64,000 nucleotides of DNA from Candidatus Saccharimonadales bacterium (GTDB lineage Bacteria; Patescibacteriota; Saccharimonadia; UBA4664; SCTI01). Numbering within the stretch: the stretch's first letter is position 1; each line of letters starts with the position of its first letter. The stretch is taken from NCBI GenBank assembly GCA_035479795.1, contig DATIII010000008.1:30487-94486 (forward strand). The letters are read 5' to 3'. The translations under genes and the position numbers were made by a program. This document shows, one piece after another, positions 1 to 9,703 of the stretch. A model generated the notes under the pieces. The model saw only the letters and a list, made by a program, of their open reading frames with translations, made no database searches and had not been told where the DNA came from.

Positions 1-936
1 GGTGATACTGGCGCCAGCACAGACATTTTTGTTGCCAATACTGACGGCAGCAACCCGATTAATATCACCAATTCAGTAACGCAAGAGGATTCAACTGCCT
101 TCTCGCCAGATGGTAAGAAAATCGTCTCTACTATATACAGTGCGAATTATTCCAGAGGTGACGTGTACAGCATGAACATTGATGGCACGGGACTAACGCA
201 ATTAGCCTCTGGCGGAAGTTTTAGTGAAAGCTACAGTTCCCAGCCCTTTCAACCCCTCCCATACACCCTCACCGCCAACGACGACGGTACCACAACCAGC
301 ACAATTAGCTCCGATAAAGATTACTCTAATACTGACTATACGGTGGCAAATAATGAAACTCTTATCCTAGACGGAAAGCTGGGTAATGTAACAGTACAAA
401 GTGGCGGTACGCTGGAAGGTACTGGGACCGTAACCGGAACTCTAACAGTTAACTCAGGCGGCAACCTCTCCCCGGGCCATTCACCAGGCTGCTTGAGCAG
501 TGGTAACTTAACCCTCAGCGGAACCTACACAGTCCAAATAGCTGGCACTACGGCTTGCACCGACTATGACCAAACCCAAGTAACAGGCACAGTAAATCTA
601 AACAATGCCACCCTTAGCCTTAGCTTGCTCAATGGATTCAGCCCTAAGGCTGGCGATAGCTTCACAATCATAGACAACGATGGTACCGACGCCGTTACCG
701 GCACTTTCAATAACCTCCCCGAGGGGTCCGCTCTAACATTGAGCGGCCACATCTTTAGGGTTTCTTATGTAGGTGGAACCGGCAATGATGTTGTCTTAAC
801 AGCCCTGAATGTACCTGGTGCACCGAATACGGGAGGTGGTGCAGCAGCAAGCAGCCTCCTATTGATCGTTGGATTAATATCAACTGCCCTGGGTACAGCA
901 GCCGCGTCTAGGAGATTTATGCGGCATGGCCTATGA
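1..936 (+). CDS. 5'-truncated surface protein: TolB/PD40-like repeats, Gly/Thr-rich beta-strand repeat region and a C-terminal sortase-type sorting signal
   Basis: Frame is open from base 1 (GDTGASTDIFVANTDGSNPINIT...AFSPDGKKIV). Ends in APNTG, a hydrophobic helix and a basic tail (RRFMRHG). Overlaps the sortase gene by 4 bp. Confidence 0.75.
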   Translation, partial: GDTGASTDIFVANTDGSNPINITNSVTQEDSTAFSPDGKKIVSTIYSANYSRGDVYSMNIDGTGLTQLASGGSFSESYSSQPFQPLPYTLTANDDGTTTSTISSDKDYSNTDYTVANNETLILDGKLGNVTVQSGGTLEGTGTVTGTLTVNSGGNLSPGHSPGCLSSGNLTLSGTYTVQIAGTTACTDYDQTQVTGTVNLNNATLSLSLLNGFSPKAGDSFTIIDNDGTDAVTGTFNNLPEGSALTLSGHIFRVSYVGGTGNDVVLTALNVPGAPNTGGGAAASSLLLIVGLISTALGTAAASRRFMRHGL

Positions 937-1682
937 ATTTAGATGGCATAACGAAAGTATCGGCCCAAAATAGCAATTCCGGTCGTCCGGCACCCCTAAC
1001 AGGTACCCAGGTTCCACAGCCCGAGATTGAAGAAAAGCCAAAGAAAAGCGGCCATAGACTTAGATTCGCTATTAACTTGATAGCATCGTTCACCTTACTG
1101 GCCGGACTCTATGGGGGTTTTACAAGCTGGCATAACGGCACAATTTCGACCCCAAAACCAAGTGATACCAGTCAAAGCGACTCTTCTCTGAGTGAAATTA
1201 AGCCCAGTTTTGATAACTATACAGTAGCTCCCGACCTGCCCCGCTTTATAGACATCAAAAAAATAGGGGTCAAAGCCAGGGTGAAAAGACTGGGCGTGGA
1301 TTCCAAGAACCAACTGCAAGCGCCGAGCAACGTCTATGATACCGGGTGGTACGATGGCAGTGCCAAACCGGGAGAACCAGGGGCCGTGGTGATAGACGGC
1401 CACCGACAGGGCTCGAGCGTGCCGGGGATATTCAATGGCCTGACCAGCCTGGCCACGGGTGACACTATCCAGATTGAGCGCGGTGACAATAAAGTATTTA
1501 CTTACCAAGTCGTAAGTATCAAGCAGTATGCCTACAACAACGTTGATATGGCGGCGGCCCTAACACCAGTCAAGCTGGGACAAAAAGGATTGAACCTTAT
1601 AACCTGCAGTGGCACATTCAAGTCCAAGATTGGTCAATACGACAAGAGGACGGTAGTATTTACCGTCCAGACTGGCACATAA
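933..1682 (+). CDS. Class F sortase
   Basis: N-terminal TM helix; GWY...PGEPGAVVIDGH, LNLITC and downstream R match the His/Cys/Arg triad. Confidence 0.85.
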   Translation: MNLDGITKVSAQNSNSGRPAPLTGTQVPQPEIEEKPKKSGHRLRFAINLIASFTLLAGLYGGFTSWHNGTISTPKPSDTSQSDSSLSEIKPSFDNYTVAPDLPRFIDIKKIGVKARVKRLGVDSKNQLQAPSNVYDTGWYDGSAKPGEPGAVVIDGHRQGSSVPGIFNGLTSLATGDTIQIERGDNKVFTYQVVSIKQYAYNNVDMAAALTPVKLGQKGLNLITCSGTFKSKIGQYDKRTVVFTVQTGT

Positions 1683-1689
1683 TAGTCAC

Positions 1690-2388
1690 TTAGGCGGCGC
1701 CGGCTTTTCCAAGATCGCTAGAGGGCTTAGACAGTTGCACTTTAACTTCAGCGAGCGCCTTTTTGGCTCGGGTATCCTTGGCATCTAGTGCTATTAGCCG
1801 CTCAAAGGCTTTCATGGCATCCTCTGGGCGGCCTGCCGATGCGTAAGCTTCGCCGAGCATCCACAGTACTTTGGTATTATCCTCAAGCTGAACGGCTTGC
1901 TCTAAGGCACTGAGCATCTTAGCTGGGTCGCCGATCTTTTCAAAAGTCTTGGCCAGCCCGACATGGCGCTGCACTGAGGGCTCAAACATAATGGCCTTTT
2001 CGAATGCGGCCACTGCTTTGAGGTAATTTCGGTTTTCATAGTACCCAAGACCAAGGTTGTAGTAGGTGCTTCCTGACGGCGAAAGCTGGGCAGCAATCTG
2101 AAAGCATTCCACGGCGTCTCCCAGATTTTTCATCGCAACATAGAGTGTGCCTAGGCGACTGTAGGTTGCGGCGTGCTTGTGATCAATTTTGAGAATTTGC
2201 AGATATACCTTCTCGGCGCCGGTAAATTTGTTGCTAACCCGGAGTCGATGAGCATAATCTGAAAGTTCCTTTATCTTGGTAATATTCTGCTGGGCAGCAT
2301 TTTTGCGATTAATTCGCAATGTTGGAGCGCCCCCCAAAAGGCGGTAAAGGAAAAAACTGGCCAGAGCCACTACCAGTAGGGCAATCAT
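1690..2388 (-). CDS. Membrane-anchored TPR-repeat protein
   Basis: N-terminal hydrophobic helix; repeated TPR consensus (YYNLGLGYY...AVAAFEKAI). Confidence 0.8.
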   Translation of the reverse strand: MIALLVVALASFFLYRLLGGAPTLRINRKNAAQQNITKIKELSDYAHRLRVSNKFTGAEKVYLQILKIDHKHAATYSRLGTLYVAMKNLGDAVECFQIAAQLSPSGSTYYNLGLGYYENRNYLKAVAAFEKAIMFEPSVQRHVGLAKTFEKIGDPAKMLSALEQAVQLEDNTKVLWMLGEAYASAGRPEDAMKAFERLIALDAKDTRAKKALAEVKVQLSKPSSDLGKAGAA

Positions 2389-3260
2389 GGCAATCTCACC
2401 GCTAAAGCCTCCAGTGCCATCTTGGGTGCAACATTAGCCTTTATGTTTAAGCGAGCGTCAATTATCGACTGTAGCCCCGGCGCCTCACCACTTCTGGTCA
2501 AAACCCGGCTTAACTGGGTGAGCGACTGGAGCAATAGCTCTGTCATTATCGGGTCCTTACCCAGTTTGGCTACAATTTGCAGACGTCCAAACAAAGTTTG
2601 CTGGCTAAACTCTTCGGCCAAGGCCCGGGCTTGTCGGTGCTGCTCCCAGGCGTCCTCATTCATAGCTAAACTCACGGCTAAGCCAGGGAGCCCACGGCTA
2701 AGCTGAACCAGTTCTTGGGCAGCGGCGGCACTCTGATGATACTGATTTACCAAAAACTCCACCAAGGACTTCTCCGTAGGTTTGGCCACGAATATCGGGC
2801 GGCAACGGGAGACGATGGTATCCAAAAGCGCCGATGGGCTAATGGCTGTAATGATGATTAAAGTGTCAGGTGGAGGTTCTTCAATAACCTTCAGCAAAGA
2901 ATTAGCGGCCGGGATGGTGAGGGTATCGGCATCGGCAATAATAATAACACGTCGCCCATCTTGGTACTGAGCATACTGTAAGTCGTGTTGCAGCTCCTGA
3001 GCCGCCTCAATCCCAATTTTACCTTTGGCATCAGGCTCTACCACACTGATATTAGGATGATTACGACCGGCCACTTGGCGACACGAAGCACAAGATTGAT
3101 CACTACAGCCCAAGCAATTTAGCCGACGGGCGACCTCTAAGGCCAGGGTTCGCTTACCGACGCCGAACTCCCCATGCAGTAACACGGCTCCGCTACCCTG
3201 CTCCAGCGTAGACAGGTACCGGGATGTTTGTAGATGCATGACTAGCTTGGGCGCTTCCAT
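2385..3260 (-). CDS. holB: DNA polymerase III delta' subunit
   Basis: GEFGVGK degenerate P-loop, Cys4 Zn module, HPN, ANSLLKVIEEPP, TIVSRC. Confidence 0.85.
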   Translation of the reverse strand: MEAPKLVMHLQTSRYLSTLEQGSGAVLLHGEFGVGKRTLALEVARRLNCLGCSDQSCASCRQVAGRNHPNISVVEPDAKGKIGIEAAQELQHDLQYAQYQDGRRVIIIADADTLTIPAANSLLKVIEEPPPDTLIIITAISPSALLDTIVSRCRPIFVAKPTEKSLVEFLVNQYHQSAAAAQELVQLSRGLPGLAVSLAMNEDAWEQHRQARALAEEFSQQTLFGRLQIVAKLGKDPIMTELLLQSLTQLSRVLTRSGEAPGLQSIIDARLNIKANVAPKMALEALAVRLP

Positions 3261-4142
3261 TTACCTATTATAGCCTTCTAAATCCGCCAAATAGGTTTTT
3301 AGCTCAGTCGGCAGCGGGCTAGAAAATGTCATCTGCCTACCGGAAGGTGAGGTTAGCGTCAGGCTAGCTGCATGAAGAAAAAAGCGACCCAACTTTGGCT
3401 CGGCGCTGCCATAAAGGTTGTCTCCAATTACCGGATGCCCAAGATGCGCAAAATGAACCCTTATCTGATGAGTTCGACCAGTCTCCAACTCAACATCTAG
3501 GAGACTGACGCCGGGCAGCTCTCGCTTAACCCTGTACTTGGTGATAGATGACCTGGCTCCGGGCGTAACGGCTCGCTTGGTTGGTTGCTTGCGGCTGCGC
3601 CCAATCGGCAGGTTGATCGTGGCCTCTCCTTCCCTCAAATGCCCAGAGACCAGCGCAATATAGTGCTTCTCCACTTTCCGATCATGGAACTGTTTTTGTA
3701 GCCATTTCTTAGCTTCAGGGTTTTTGGCAATCACCAGGACACCAGATGTATCGCGATCAAGCCGATGGACAATGCCCGGGCGCTCAAGATCATCATCTTT
3801 TACTTTGGTAGAGGCAAAATCTGCAACTGTGGGCTGAGGCCGGCCCGTCTCGGTCAGGTGCACGACCAAGCCGGCCGGCTTGTCTATAACAAGTAGATCC
3901 TTATCTTCGAAGATTATTGGTAGATTCGGAACTTCAGGTAAATCAGCCTGTTCAATTTTGGCCATTCTAACGCGCTCGCCACCAGTCGCTAGCTGGCTAC
4001 CAGTTACTAGCCGGTCGTCGACAAAGATTTTGTCTTCCTTGATCAGTTTGGTAATCTGGCTCCGGCTTTTCCCAGTCGCCGCGGCCAATGCAACATCAAG
4101 CCGCTCACCGGCGGCTGCGGCAGGAATAACGATGTCGGTCAT
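3261..4142 (-). CDS. rluD: RluA/RluD-family pseudouridine synthase with S4 domain
   Basis: IDKPAGLVVH, HRLDRDTSG, GRTHQIRVH motifs. Confidence 0.85.
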   Translation of the reverse strand: MTDIVIPAAAAGERLDVALAAATGKSRSQITKLIKEDKIFVDDRLVTGSQLATGGERVRMAKIEQADLPEVPNLPIIFEDKDLLVIDKPAGLVVHLTETGRPQPTVADFASTKVKDDDLERPGIVHRLDRDTSGVLVIAKNPEAKKWLQKQFHDRKVEKHYIALVSGHLREGEATINLPIGRSRKQPTKRAVTPGARSSITKYRVKRELPGVSLLDVELETGRTHQIRVHFAHLGHPVIGDNLYGSAEPKLGRFFLHAASLTLTSPSGRQMTFSSPLPTELKTYLADLEGYNR

Positions 4143-5128
4143 TGGACTAGTTCAGAAGCTTTGGTTAAGTCTGGTTTGGCGCCGAGCACAATTAACCGGT
4201 CCCCCGGGTAAATCATTTCGTGGCCGGTCGGACGCACCCGGCTCGTACCGTCTGACCCGTTTATAGCAATCACGGTGGCCCCAATTTCCCCTTCGGCTAA
4301 AGTTTTCCCTAGACGGTGACCGGCCAGCCGAGAATGCTCTCCAACCACCATTTCCTCAACCTGAAGATCCTTATTTGAATCTGAATTTGAGACAATGTCC
4401 ATGTAATCCACTACGCTCGGCCGCAGGGCCATGGAGGCCATGTGATAGCCACCTATCTGATATGGCAACGCCACCCTGTCGGCACCGGCGCGCTTAAGCT
4501 TAATTTCGTTTTCGTGACGATTGGCCCGCGCCACTATATAGAGATCAGGCTTCAGGGCCCGGGCGGTCAAAACTACCAAGAGATTGGCCGGATCGTCCCC
4601 CAGACTCGCCACTAAGCCGGCGGCTTTATCGATACCAGCGTGTTTCAGGGCGTCTTCGTTAGCGCTATCATCAACATAGGCCAGGTAGCCAGCAGCCACG
4701 GCTTCATCAACTTTAGCCTTATCGCGGTCGATGGCCACAAAGGGTACACCTTCAATATCCATCTCGCGGGCCACCTGACTGCCTACGCGGCCTAGCCCGC
4801 ACACAATGTAGTGATTATTAAGCTTATTTATCTTGGTTTGCAAACGTCTTTTCCGTACATTATCACCTACGCCAATCATATATTCCGCAAACCACTTAAG
4901 CAAATACCCAATCATAGCCAAACTACTTAAGATCAGGAAGACGGACAGAGCTCGTGACCTTGGGTCCACAACATCAACGTGACTAAAATGAGTCAGAAGT
5001 AGCAGAGCTGATTGCCATAAGGCGTCGGTAAACGAGATCTGCTCAAACTGCGAAAACCCAACCGCGCCGAGAGTTATGAGGCCAATGGCCACACCTAGTA
5101 TTTTCCACGGGGTACGATTCGTGCTCAC
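4139..5128 (-). CDS. MthK/Kch-like 2-TM channel protein with RCK (TrkA-N/TrkA-C) domains
   Basis: Two TM helices followed by the HYIVCGLGRVG Rossmann motif and a TrkA-C tail. No canonical TVGYG filter. Confidence 0.8.
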   Translation of the reverse strand: MSTNRTPWKILGVAIGLITLGAVGFSQFEQISFTDALWQSALLLLTHFSHVDVVDPRSRALSVFLILSSLAMIGYLLKWFAEYMIGVGDNVRKRRLQTKINKLNNHYIVCGLGRVGSQVAREMDIEGVPFVAIDRDKAKVDEAVAAGYLAYVDDSANEDALKHAGIDKAAGLVASLGDDPANLLVVLTARALKPDLYIVARANRHENEIKLKRAGADRVALPYQIGGYHMASMALRPSVVDYMDIVSNSDSNKDLQVEEMVVGEHSRLAGHRLGKTLAEGEIGATVIAINGSDGTSRVRPTGHEMIYPGDRLIVLGAKPDLTKASELVQ

Positions 5129-5233
5129 CTGGTAATTATATACCGGTTATGCTAGCAGGCTCAACCAAGAAAGTTACTTAAAAGTCGCTGCTGCTCGGCA
5201 ACTGGTACTAACCGCTCCAAATGGCGGTAACAG

Positions 5234-5261
5234 CAAGGCGGGGCCCAAAAGCCCCGCCTTG
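5234..5261 (-). terminator. Hairpin after rpsI, probable terminator
   Basis: 11-bp stem CAAGGCGGGGC/GCCCCGCCTTG. Confidence 0.65.
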
Positions 5262-5279
5262 TTAACGTAAATATTAAAT

Positions 5280-5681
5280 CTAGCGCTTGGAGAATTGTGG
5301 AGCTTTGCGGGCTCGCTTTAAGCCGGGCTTCTTCCGCTCTTTTTCCCGAGGATCACGGGTCAGATAGCCGGCCTTCTTCAAGGTGGTATGTAAATCTTCA
5401 CTCATGACGTTGAGGGCGCGAGAAATGGCTAACCTGGCGGCCTCCGCCTGGCCTCGCTTGCCACCGCCACTGACTTTCAGAGTCACGCGCAGCTTTTTAT
5501 CTTGGCCAGCTAGGGTGATTGGCTGCTGCAAGACTCGAATCAGAGAATCATTATTAAAGTAGGCTTCAGCCATAACCTCCCCCACCATAATTTCGCCGCC
5601 GCCTCGATACAAACGGGCACTGGCAATGGCTTCCTTGCGTCGACCTAGGCCGTAATAATATTGATCTTTAGTTTCAGCCAT
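5280..5681 (-). CDS. rpsI: 30S ribosomal protein S9
   Basis: GRRKEAIA, KERKKPGLKRARKAPQFSKR. Confidence 0.98.
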   Translation of the reverse strand: MAETKDQYYYGLGRRKEAIASARLYRGGGEIMVGEVMAEAYFNNDSLIRVLQQPITLAGQDKKLRVTLKVSGGGKRGQAEAARLAISRALNVMSEDLHTTLKKAGYLTRDPREKERKKPGLKRARKAPQFSKR

Positions 5682-6112
5682 TATTTGGTCTCCATGGGCT
5701 TAGGTGATTGCGGGGCATGAGGATGTTCCAGAGCTGCGTAGACCTTCAGACGCGCCATACGCGGAGCCTGCAGCTTATTCTTGGGTAACATGCCTTTAAC
5801 AGCGTGCTCAATGATTCTGGTGGGGTGTTTGGCAAGTTGATCAGCCATACTAATTTCTTTGATGCCACCTGGATAGCCCGAATGGCGATAGTACATCTTG
5901 TCTTGCAGCTTATTTCCGGTTACCACAACTTTGGCCGCATTTATGACGATGACGTTATCACCGCTGTCGATGTGGGGGGTATACATGGCCTTATGCTTAC
6001 CAATTAAATACTTCGCAATCAGGGTGGCTAGTCGCCCGAGTGACATGACAGATGCGTCCACGATATACCAGTCACGCACTACCTCGGTTGGCTTGGCGGA
6101 ATAGGTTTTCAC
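5681..6112 (-). CDS. rplM: 50S ribosomal protein L13
   Basis: [25 protein letters not shown]. Confidence 0.98.
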   Translation of the reverse strand: MKTYSAKPTEVVRDWYIVDASVMSLGRLATLIAKYLIGKHKAMYTPHIDSGDNVIVINAAKVVVTGNKLQDKMYYRHSGYPGGIKEISMADQLAKHPTRIIEHAVKGMLPKNKLQAPRMARLKVYAALEHPHAPQSPKPMETK

Positions 6113-6615
6113 TTCTTGGCCTCCTTTTTGGCGGCAGGCTTCTTAACAGGAGCCTTTTTTGTCGAGGTCTTAACGTTGGTCGGCTTAACCTCAGCCTCTG
6201 GGACTGCTTCGGCTTTAGCTTTCGACTTCTCGGCCGGCTTGGCTGGAGTAGATTTAATCTCTTCGGTCAAAGCCACAATCGCCATGGCGGCGTTGTCGCC
6301 GCGGCGGTTACCGGCCTTCACGATCCGAGTATAGCCGCCATCGCGGTCCTTAAAAGCTGGCGCGATCTCAGTAATCAGCTTCTCCGTAGCCTTATCTGTC
6401 AAAAGGAAGCTGCGGATCTGACGCCGGTTGTGCAGATCACCCTTTTTAGCCTTGGTTACCATTCGCTCAAATTGTGGGGCAATCTCCTTGGCCTTGGCCA
6501 GGGTGGTAGAAATCTGTTCGTTCACCACCAGGGAAGTCACCTGGCCGCGAATCAGCGCCCGGCGAGGACCAGCATCGAGTTGCAGTTTTCTCCCTGCCAC
6601 TCCGTGGCGATGCAT
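6109..6615 (-). CDS. rplQ: 50S ribosomal protein L17 with Lys/Ala-rich tail
   Basis: [25 protein letters not shown]. Confidence 0.97.
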   Translation of the reverse strand: MHRHGVAGRKLQLDAGPRRALIRGQVTSLVVNEQISTTLAKAKEIAPQFERMVTKAKKGDLHNRRQIRSFLLTDKATEKLITEIAPAFKDRDGGYTRIVKAGNRRGDNAAMAIVALTEEIKSTPAKPAEKSKAKAEAVPEAEVKPTNVKTSTKKAPVKKPAAKKEAKK

Positions 6616-7559
6616 TAGATAACCTCTTCCTCCTTAGCAAAGCCGAACTCGGCTACCTTGTCTTTAACTTCCTGGTAGGCCTTGGCACCGAAGCCTTTAA
6701 GCTCCTTGAGTTCTTGGTCGCTCAAACGCATCAGATCTTTCATGGTACGGATGTCATTATTCATCAGCGCATTGGTGGTGCGGGGAGAGAAATTTACTTC
6801 TTCGATCAGGATCTTGGCAGCACTAGACTCACCGGCTTCAGGAGTTGGTCCGTCGCTAGAGCCTTGCGCTGGGGCAGCCTGGCCGGCCACGACTGAAAAG
6901 TGGCTGACCAGAATCTCGGCCGCCTGGGTCACCGCGTCTAGCGGGCTGATAGAACCATCAGTTTCAACTTCTACCACCAAGCGGTCCAAATCGGTGCGCT
7001 GACCGACGCGAGTGTTTTCAACATTGTAGCGAACTCGACGGACAGGGCTGTAGAGAGCGTCAACGGCAATCATGCCGACCTCAAGCTTTTCATTCTCCCG
7101 AGCTTCCACGGGGACATAGCCACGCCCCTTTTCGACCTTAATCTCCATACCCACCTGGGCCTTATCGTTATCTAGGGTGGCGATGTGCTGATCAGTATTC
7201 ACTACCTCAACCTCAGAGTTGGTCTTAATATCAGCGGCGGTCACCGGGCCCTTGCCCTTCTTGGTTAGAATCAAGAACTGGGGTTCATCACTGTAAACCT
7301 TAAAGCGTAGCTTTTTAAGATTAAGAATAATCTCGACTACGTCTTCTTTGACGCCGTCAATGCTGGAAAATTCATGAGCCACATTATCAATCTTTACAGC
7401 TGTAACGGCAGCGCCGCCAAGACTGGAGAGGATAACACGGCGCAACGAGTTACCAAGCGTCATGCCGTACCCGGAGTGCAGAGGCTCAACGGCGAAAGTT
7501 GCCTTATTGCCATCCTCCTTTACGGTTTTGAGTGCTGGGAGCTGGATGTCGTATAACAC
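6615..7559 (-). CDS. rpoA: RNA polymerase alpha subunit
   Basis: EPLHSGYGMTLGNSLRRVILSS; alpha-CTD. Confidence 0.98.
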   Translation of the reverse strand: MLYDIQLPALKTVKEDGNKATFAVEPLHSGYGMTLGNSLRRVILSSLGGAAVTAVKIDNVAHEFSSIDGVKEDVVEIILNLKKLRFKVYSDEPQFLILTKKGKGPVTAADIKTNSEVEVVNTDQHIATLDNDKAQVGMEIKVEKGRGYVPVEARENEKLEVGMIAVDALYSPVRRVRYNVENTRVGQRTDLDRLVVEVETDGSISPLDAVTQAAEILVSHFSVVAGQAAPAQGSSDGPTPEAGESSAAKILIEEVNFSPRTTNALMNNDIRTMKDLMRLSDQELKELKGFGAKAYQEVKDKVAEFGFAKEEEVI

Positions 7560-7593
7560 CTTCTAATTCCTTCCTTTTATATAAGCATTAAGC

Positions 7594-7693
7594 TGTTCGG
7601 TATATTTCATCGTTAAAACTTGCGCCGCGCGCTCGACGTACTCAAGTACGCCTCCCTTACACTGCTCGGTTTTCCTTGAACTATATCCAAACA
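7594..7693 (-). repeat. Palindromic intergenic element, copy 1
   Basis: Imperfect terminal inverted repeats and a central GCGTAC-TTGA-GTACGT hairpin; aligns by eye with 22799-22915. Confidence 0.7.
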
Positions 7694-7707
7694 TCTCAAT
7701 CCTTAGG

Positions 7708-8325
7708 CTATCTCGAGTAGAACTCGATAATTAATTGTTCGTGAATTTCTTCATTAATATCGTCTCGCGACGGGGTTCCTGTGACTTTTGCCACCATCTT
7801 CTTCGAATCAAGACTCAGCCAGCTGATGATTGGCTGGTTGCCTGAAAGATTATCTGAAAGTACTTGAAAATAGGAGTTTTTAGCGGATTTATCGCGTACG
7901 GTGATCTCGTCCCCGGGCTTAACTTGAATTGACGGGATATCCACCCGCTTACCGTTGAGCAAAATGTGGCCGTGGGTTACCAGCTGGCGAGCTGACTGGC
8001 GGCTGGGAGCCCAATTTAGACGATAAACGACGTTGTCTAGACGCTGTTCGAGCAACTGCAGCAAGATATCACCAGTCACGCCTTGTCGACGCTCCGCTTC
8101 GGTGACCATGCGACGGAACTGCTTTTCAAGCAGGCCATACAGACGCTTTACCTTCTGTTTTTCGCGTAGCTGGACGGCGTACTGGCTCAGCTTCTGCCGC
8201 ATGCTCGACTGGCCGTGCTCACCTGGACCATAATTTTTTACAGTCAACCCTTTAACCGCCTTTGGGTGCAGCGGAGTCTTTTCGCGCCGAGAACGCTTAA
8301 CAATGGGAGCTAAATCGCGGGCCAT
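7708..8325 (-). CDS. rpsD: 30S ribosomal protein S4
   Basis: QLREKQKVKRLYG, LEQRLDNVVYR, ARQLVTHGH. Confidence 0.98.
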   Translation of the reverse strand: MARDLAPIVKRSRREKTPLHPKAVKGLTVKNYGPGEHGQSSMRQKLSQYAVQLREKQKVKRLYGLLEKQFRRMVTEAERRQGVTGDILLQLLEQRLDNVVYRLNWAPSRQSARQLVTHGHILLNGKRVDIPSIQVKPGDEITVRDKSAKNSYFQVLSDNLSGNQPIISWLSLDSKKMVAKVTGTPSRDDINEEIHEQLIIEFYSR

Positions 8326-8341
8326 TTACTTCACTCCTCCG

Positions 8342-8464
8342 GAAAATTGCGGAGTTTTAGGGCAATCCAAGGAAGAATTGAGTACCGCAGGAAGCTGTAG
8401 AGATACTACAGTGCGCAAGGAACACAAATTCTGACGACGAATTGTGCAAAAGTACGCGGTTTTC
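8342..8464 (+). repeat. Palindromic intergenic element, copy 2 (more diverged)
   Basis: Terminal IR GAAAATTGCG/CGCGGTTTTC; CAAGG...CTGTAG-agata-CTACAG...GACGACGAA architecture as in copies 1 and 3. Confidence 0.55.
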
Positions 8465-8465
8465 A

Positions 8466-8864
8466 CTAGACTCTCCTTGGCTTTCTAGGGCGGCAGCCGT
8501 TATGCGGGATCCCGGTCACGTCCTTGATGCTGGCAACCTGGATATCAGCGGTTGAGAGAGCCCGAATAGCTGATTCGCGACCACTGCCAATTCCACGGAC
8601 AAAAACATTAACCTTTTGCATCCCAAATTCCTTGGCGCTGGCAGCAACCTTCTCGGCAGCCACACCGGCGGCATAGGGAGTGGACTTGCGGGAACCCTTG
8701 AAGCCGGCTCCACCTGAGCTACCCCAGGCCACTACATTGCCCTGCTCGTCAGTTACCGAAACAATGGTGTTGTTAAAGGTAGCGTGAACATGAACATTGC
8801 CAATTGCGATACTGCGCTTGACCTTGCGACGTCTCGATCCAGTTTTAGTTGTAGTCTTTGCCAT
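8466..8864 (-). CDS. rpsK: 30S ribosomal protein S11
   Basis: [28 protein letters not shown]. Confidence 0.98.
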   Translation of the reverse strand: MAKTTTKTGSRRRKVKRSIAIGNVHVHATFNNTIVSVTDEQGNVVAWGSSGGAGFKGSRKSTPYAAGVAAEKVAASAKEFGMQKVNVFVRGIGSGRESAIRALSTADIQVASIKDVTGIPHNGCRPRKPRRV

Positions 8865-8874
8865 AAATTATTCC

Positions 8875-9261
8875 TTAAGTCTTGGCCGAAGCCTTCTTAC
8901 GACCCGAACCCATTGTGACCTTCTTGCCCCGCTTGGTGCGAGCGTTGGTCTTAGTGCGCTGACCATGGGCCGGCAAATTATTCTTGTGGCGCAGGCCGCG
9001 GTAAGCGTTGATTTCTTTCAAACGGCCAACAGCCAGCGACGTTAGACGTTGCAGGTCACCTTCGACGGTCAAATTCTTATCAATAAACTCCCGGATTTTA
9101 CCGACTTCAGCTTCAGTTAGATCCTTGACCCGAGTGTCCGGATTAATGCCGGCATCTCCCAGAATCTTCTGGCTAGTGGTTAGCCCGACTCCGTAAATAT
9201 AAGTTAGAGCAACCTCAACTCGCTTGCCATCTGGTACGTTGACTCCAGAAATACGCGCCAT
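8875..9261 (-). CDS. rpsM: 30S ribosomal protein S13
   Basis: [28 protein letters not shown]. Confidence 0.98.
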   Translation of the reverse strand: MARISGVNVPDGKRVEVALTYIYGVGLTTSQKILGDAGINPDTRVKDLTEAEVGKIREFIDKNLTVEGDLQRLTSLAVGRLKEINAYRGLRHKNNLPAHGQRTKTNARTKRGKKVTMGSGRKKASAKT

Positions 9262-9375
9262 CTACCCTTGCCTCTGCTTATGCTTGGGATTCTCACAGAT
9301 AACATAAACTGTCCCCTCGCGGCGGACAACCTTGCATTTGGCACACATTTTTTTAACGCTGGCTCGCACTTTCAT
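9262..9375 (-). CDS. rpmJ: 50S ribosomal protein L36 (not in ORF track)
   Basis: Manual translation [37 protein letters not shown] (37 aa), between infA and rpsM. Confidence 0.97.
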   Translation of the reverse strand: MKVRASVKKMCAKCKVVRREGTVYVICENPKHKQRQG

Positions 9376-9395
9376 GCTTACGCGTGTTCCCTTCG

Positions 9396-9623
9396 TTATC
9401 TATTTAAATGCCGGTAGGTGATGCGCCCCTTGGTCAGATCATAGGGCGTCATCTCGAGTGTAACTTTGTCACCAGGAAGAATCTTGATGTAATGCATGCG
9501 CATTTTCCCTGATATATGGGCCAAAACAACGTGACCGTTCTCGAGCTCTACCTTAAACATTGCGTTCGGCAGAGTCTCCAGGACGGTACCAGTGAGTTCA
9601 ATTACTTCCTTTGTATCTGACAT
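9396..9623 (-). CDS. infA: Translation initiation factor IF-1
   Basis: [32 protein letters not shown]. Confidence 0.98.
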   Translation of the reverse strand: MSDTKEVIELTGTVLETLPNAMFKVELENGHVVLAHISGKMRMHYIKILPGDKVTLEMTPYDLTKGRITYRHLNR

Positions 9624-9703
9624 AAGCTAGCTACAATTCGTCATTCTACAGAAAATTAACAGATGTGTAAAGGAGATTTTTGGAGGGTTATAGCTTTAGC
9701 TGC

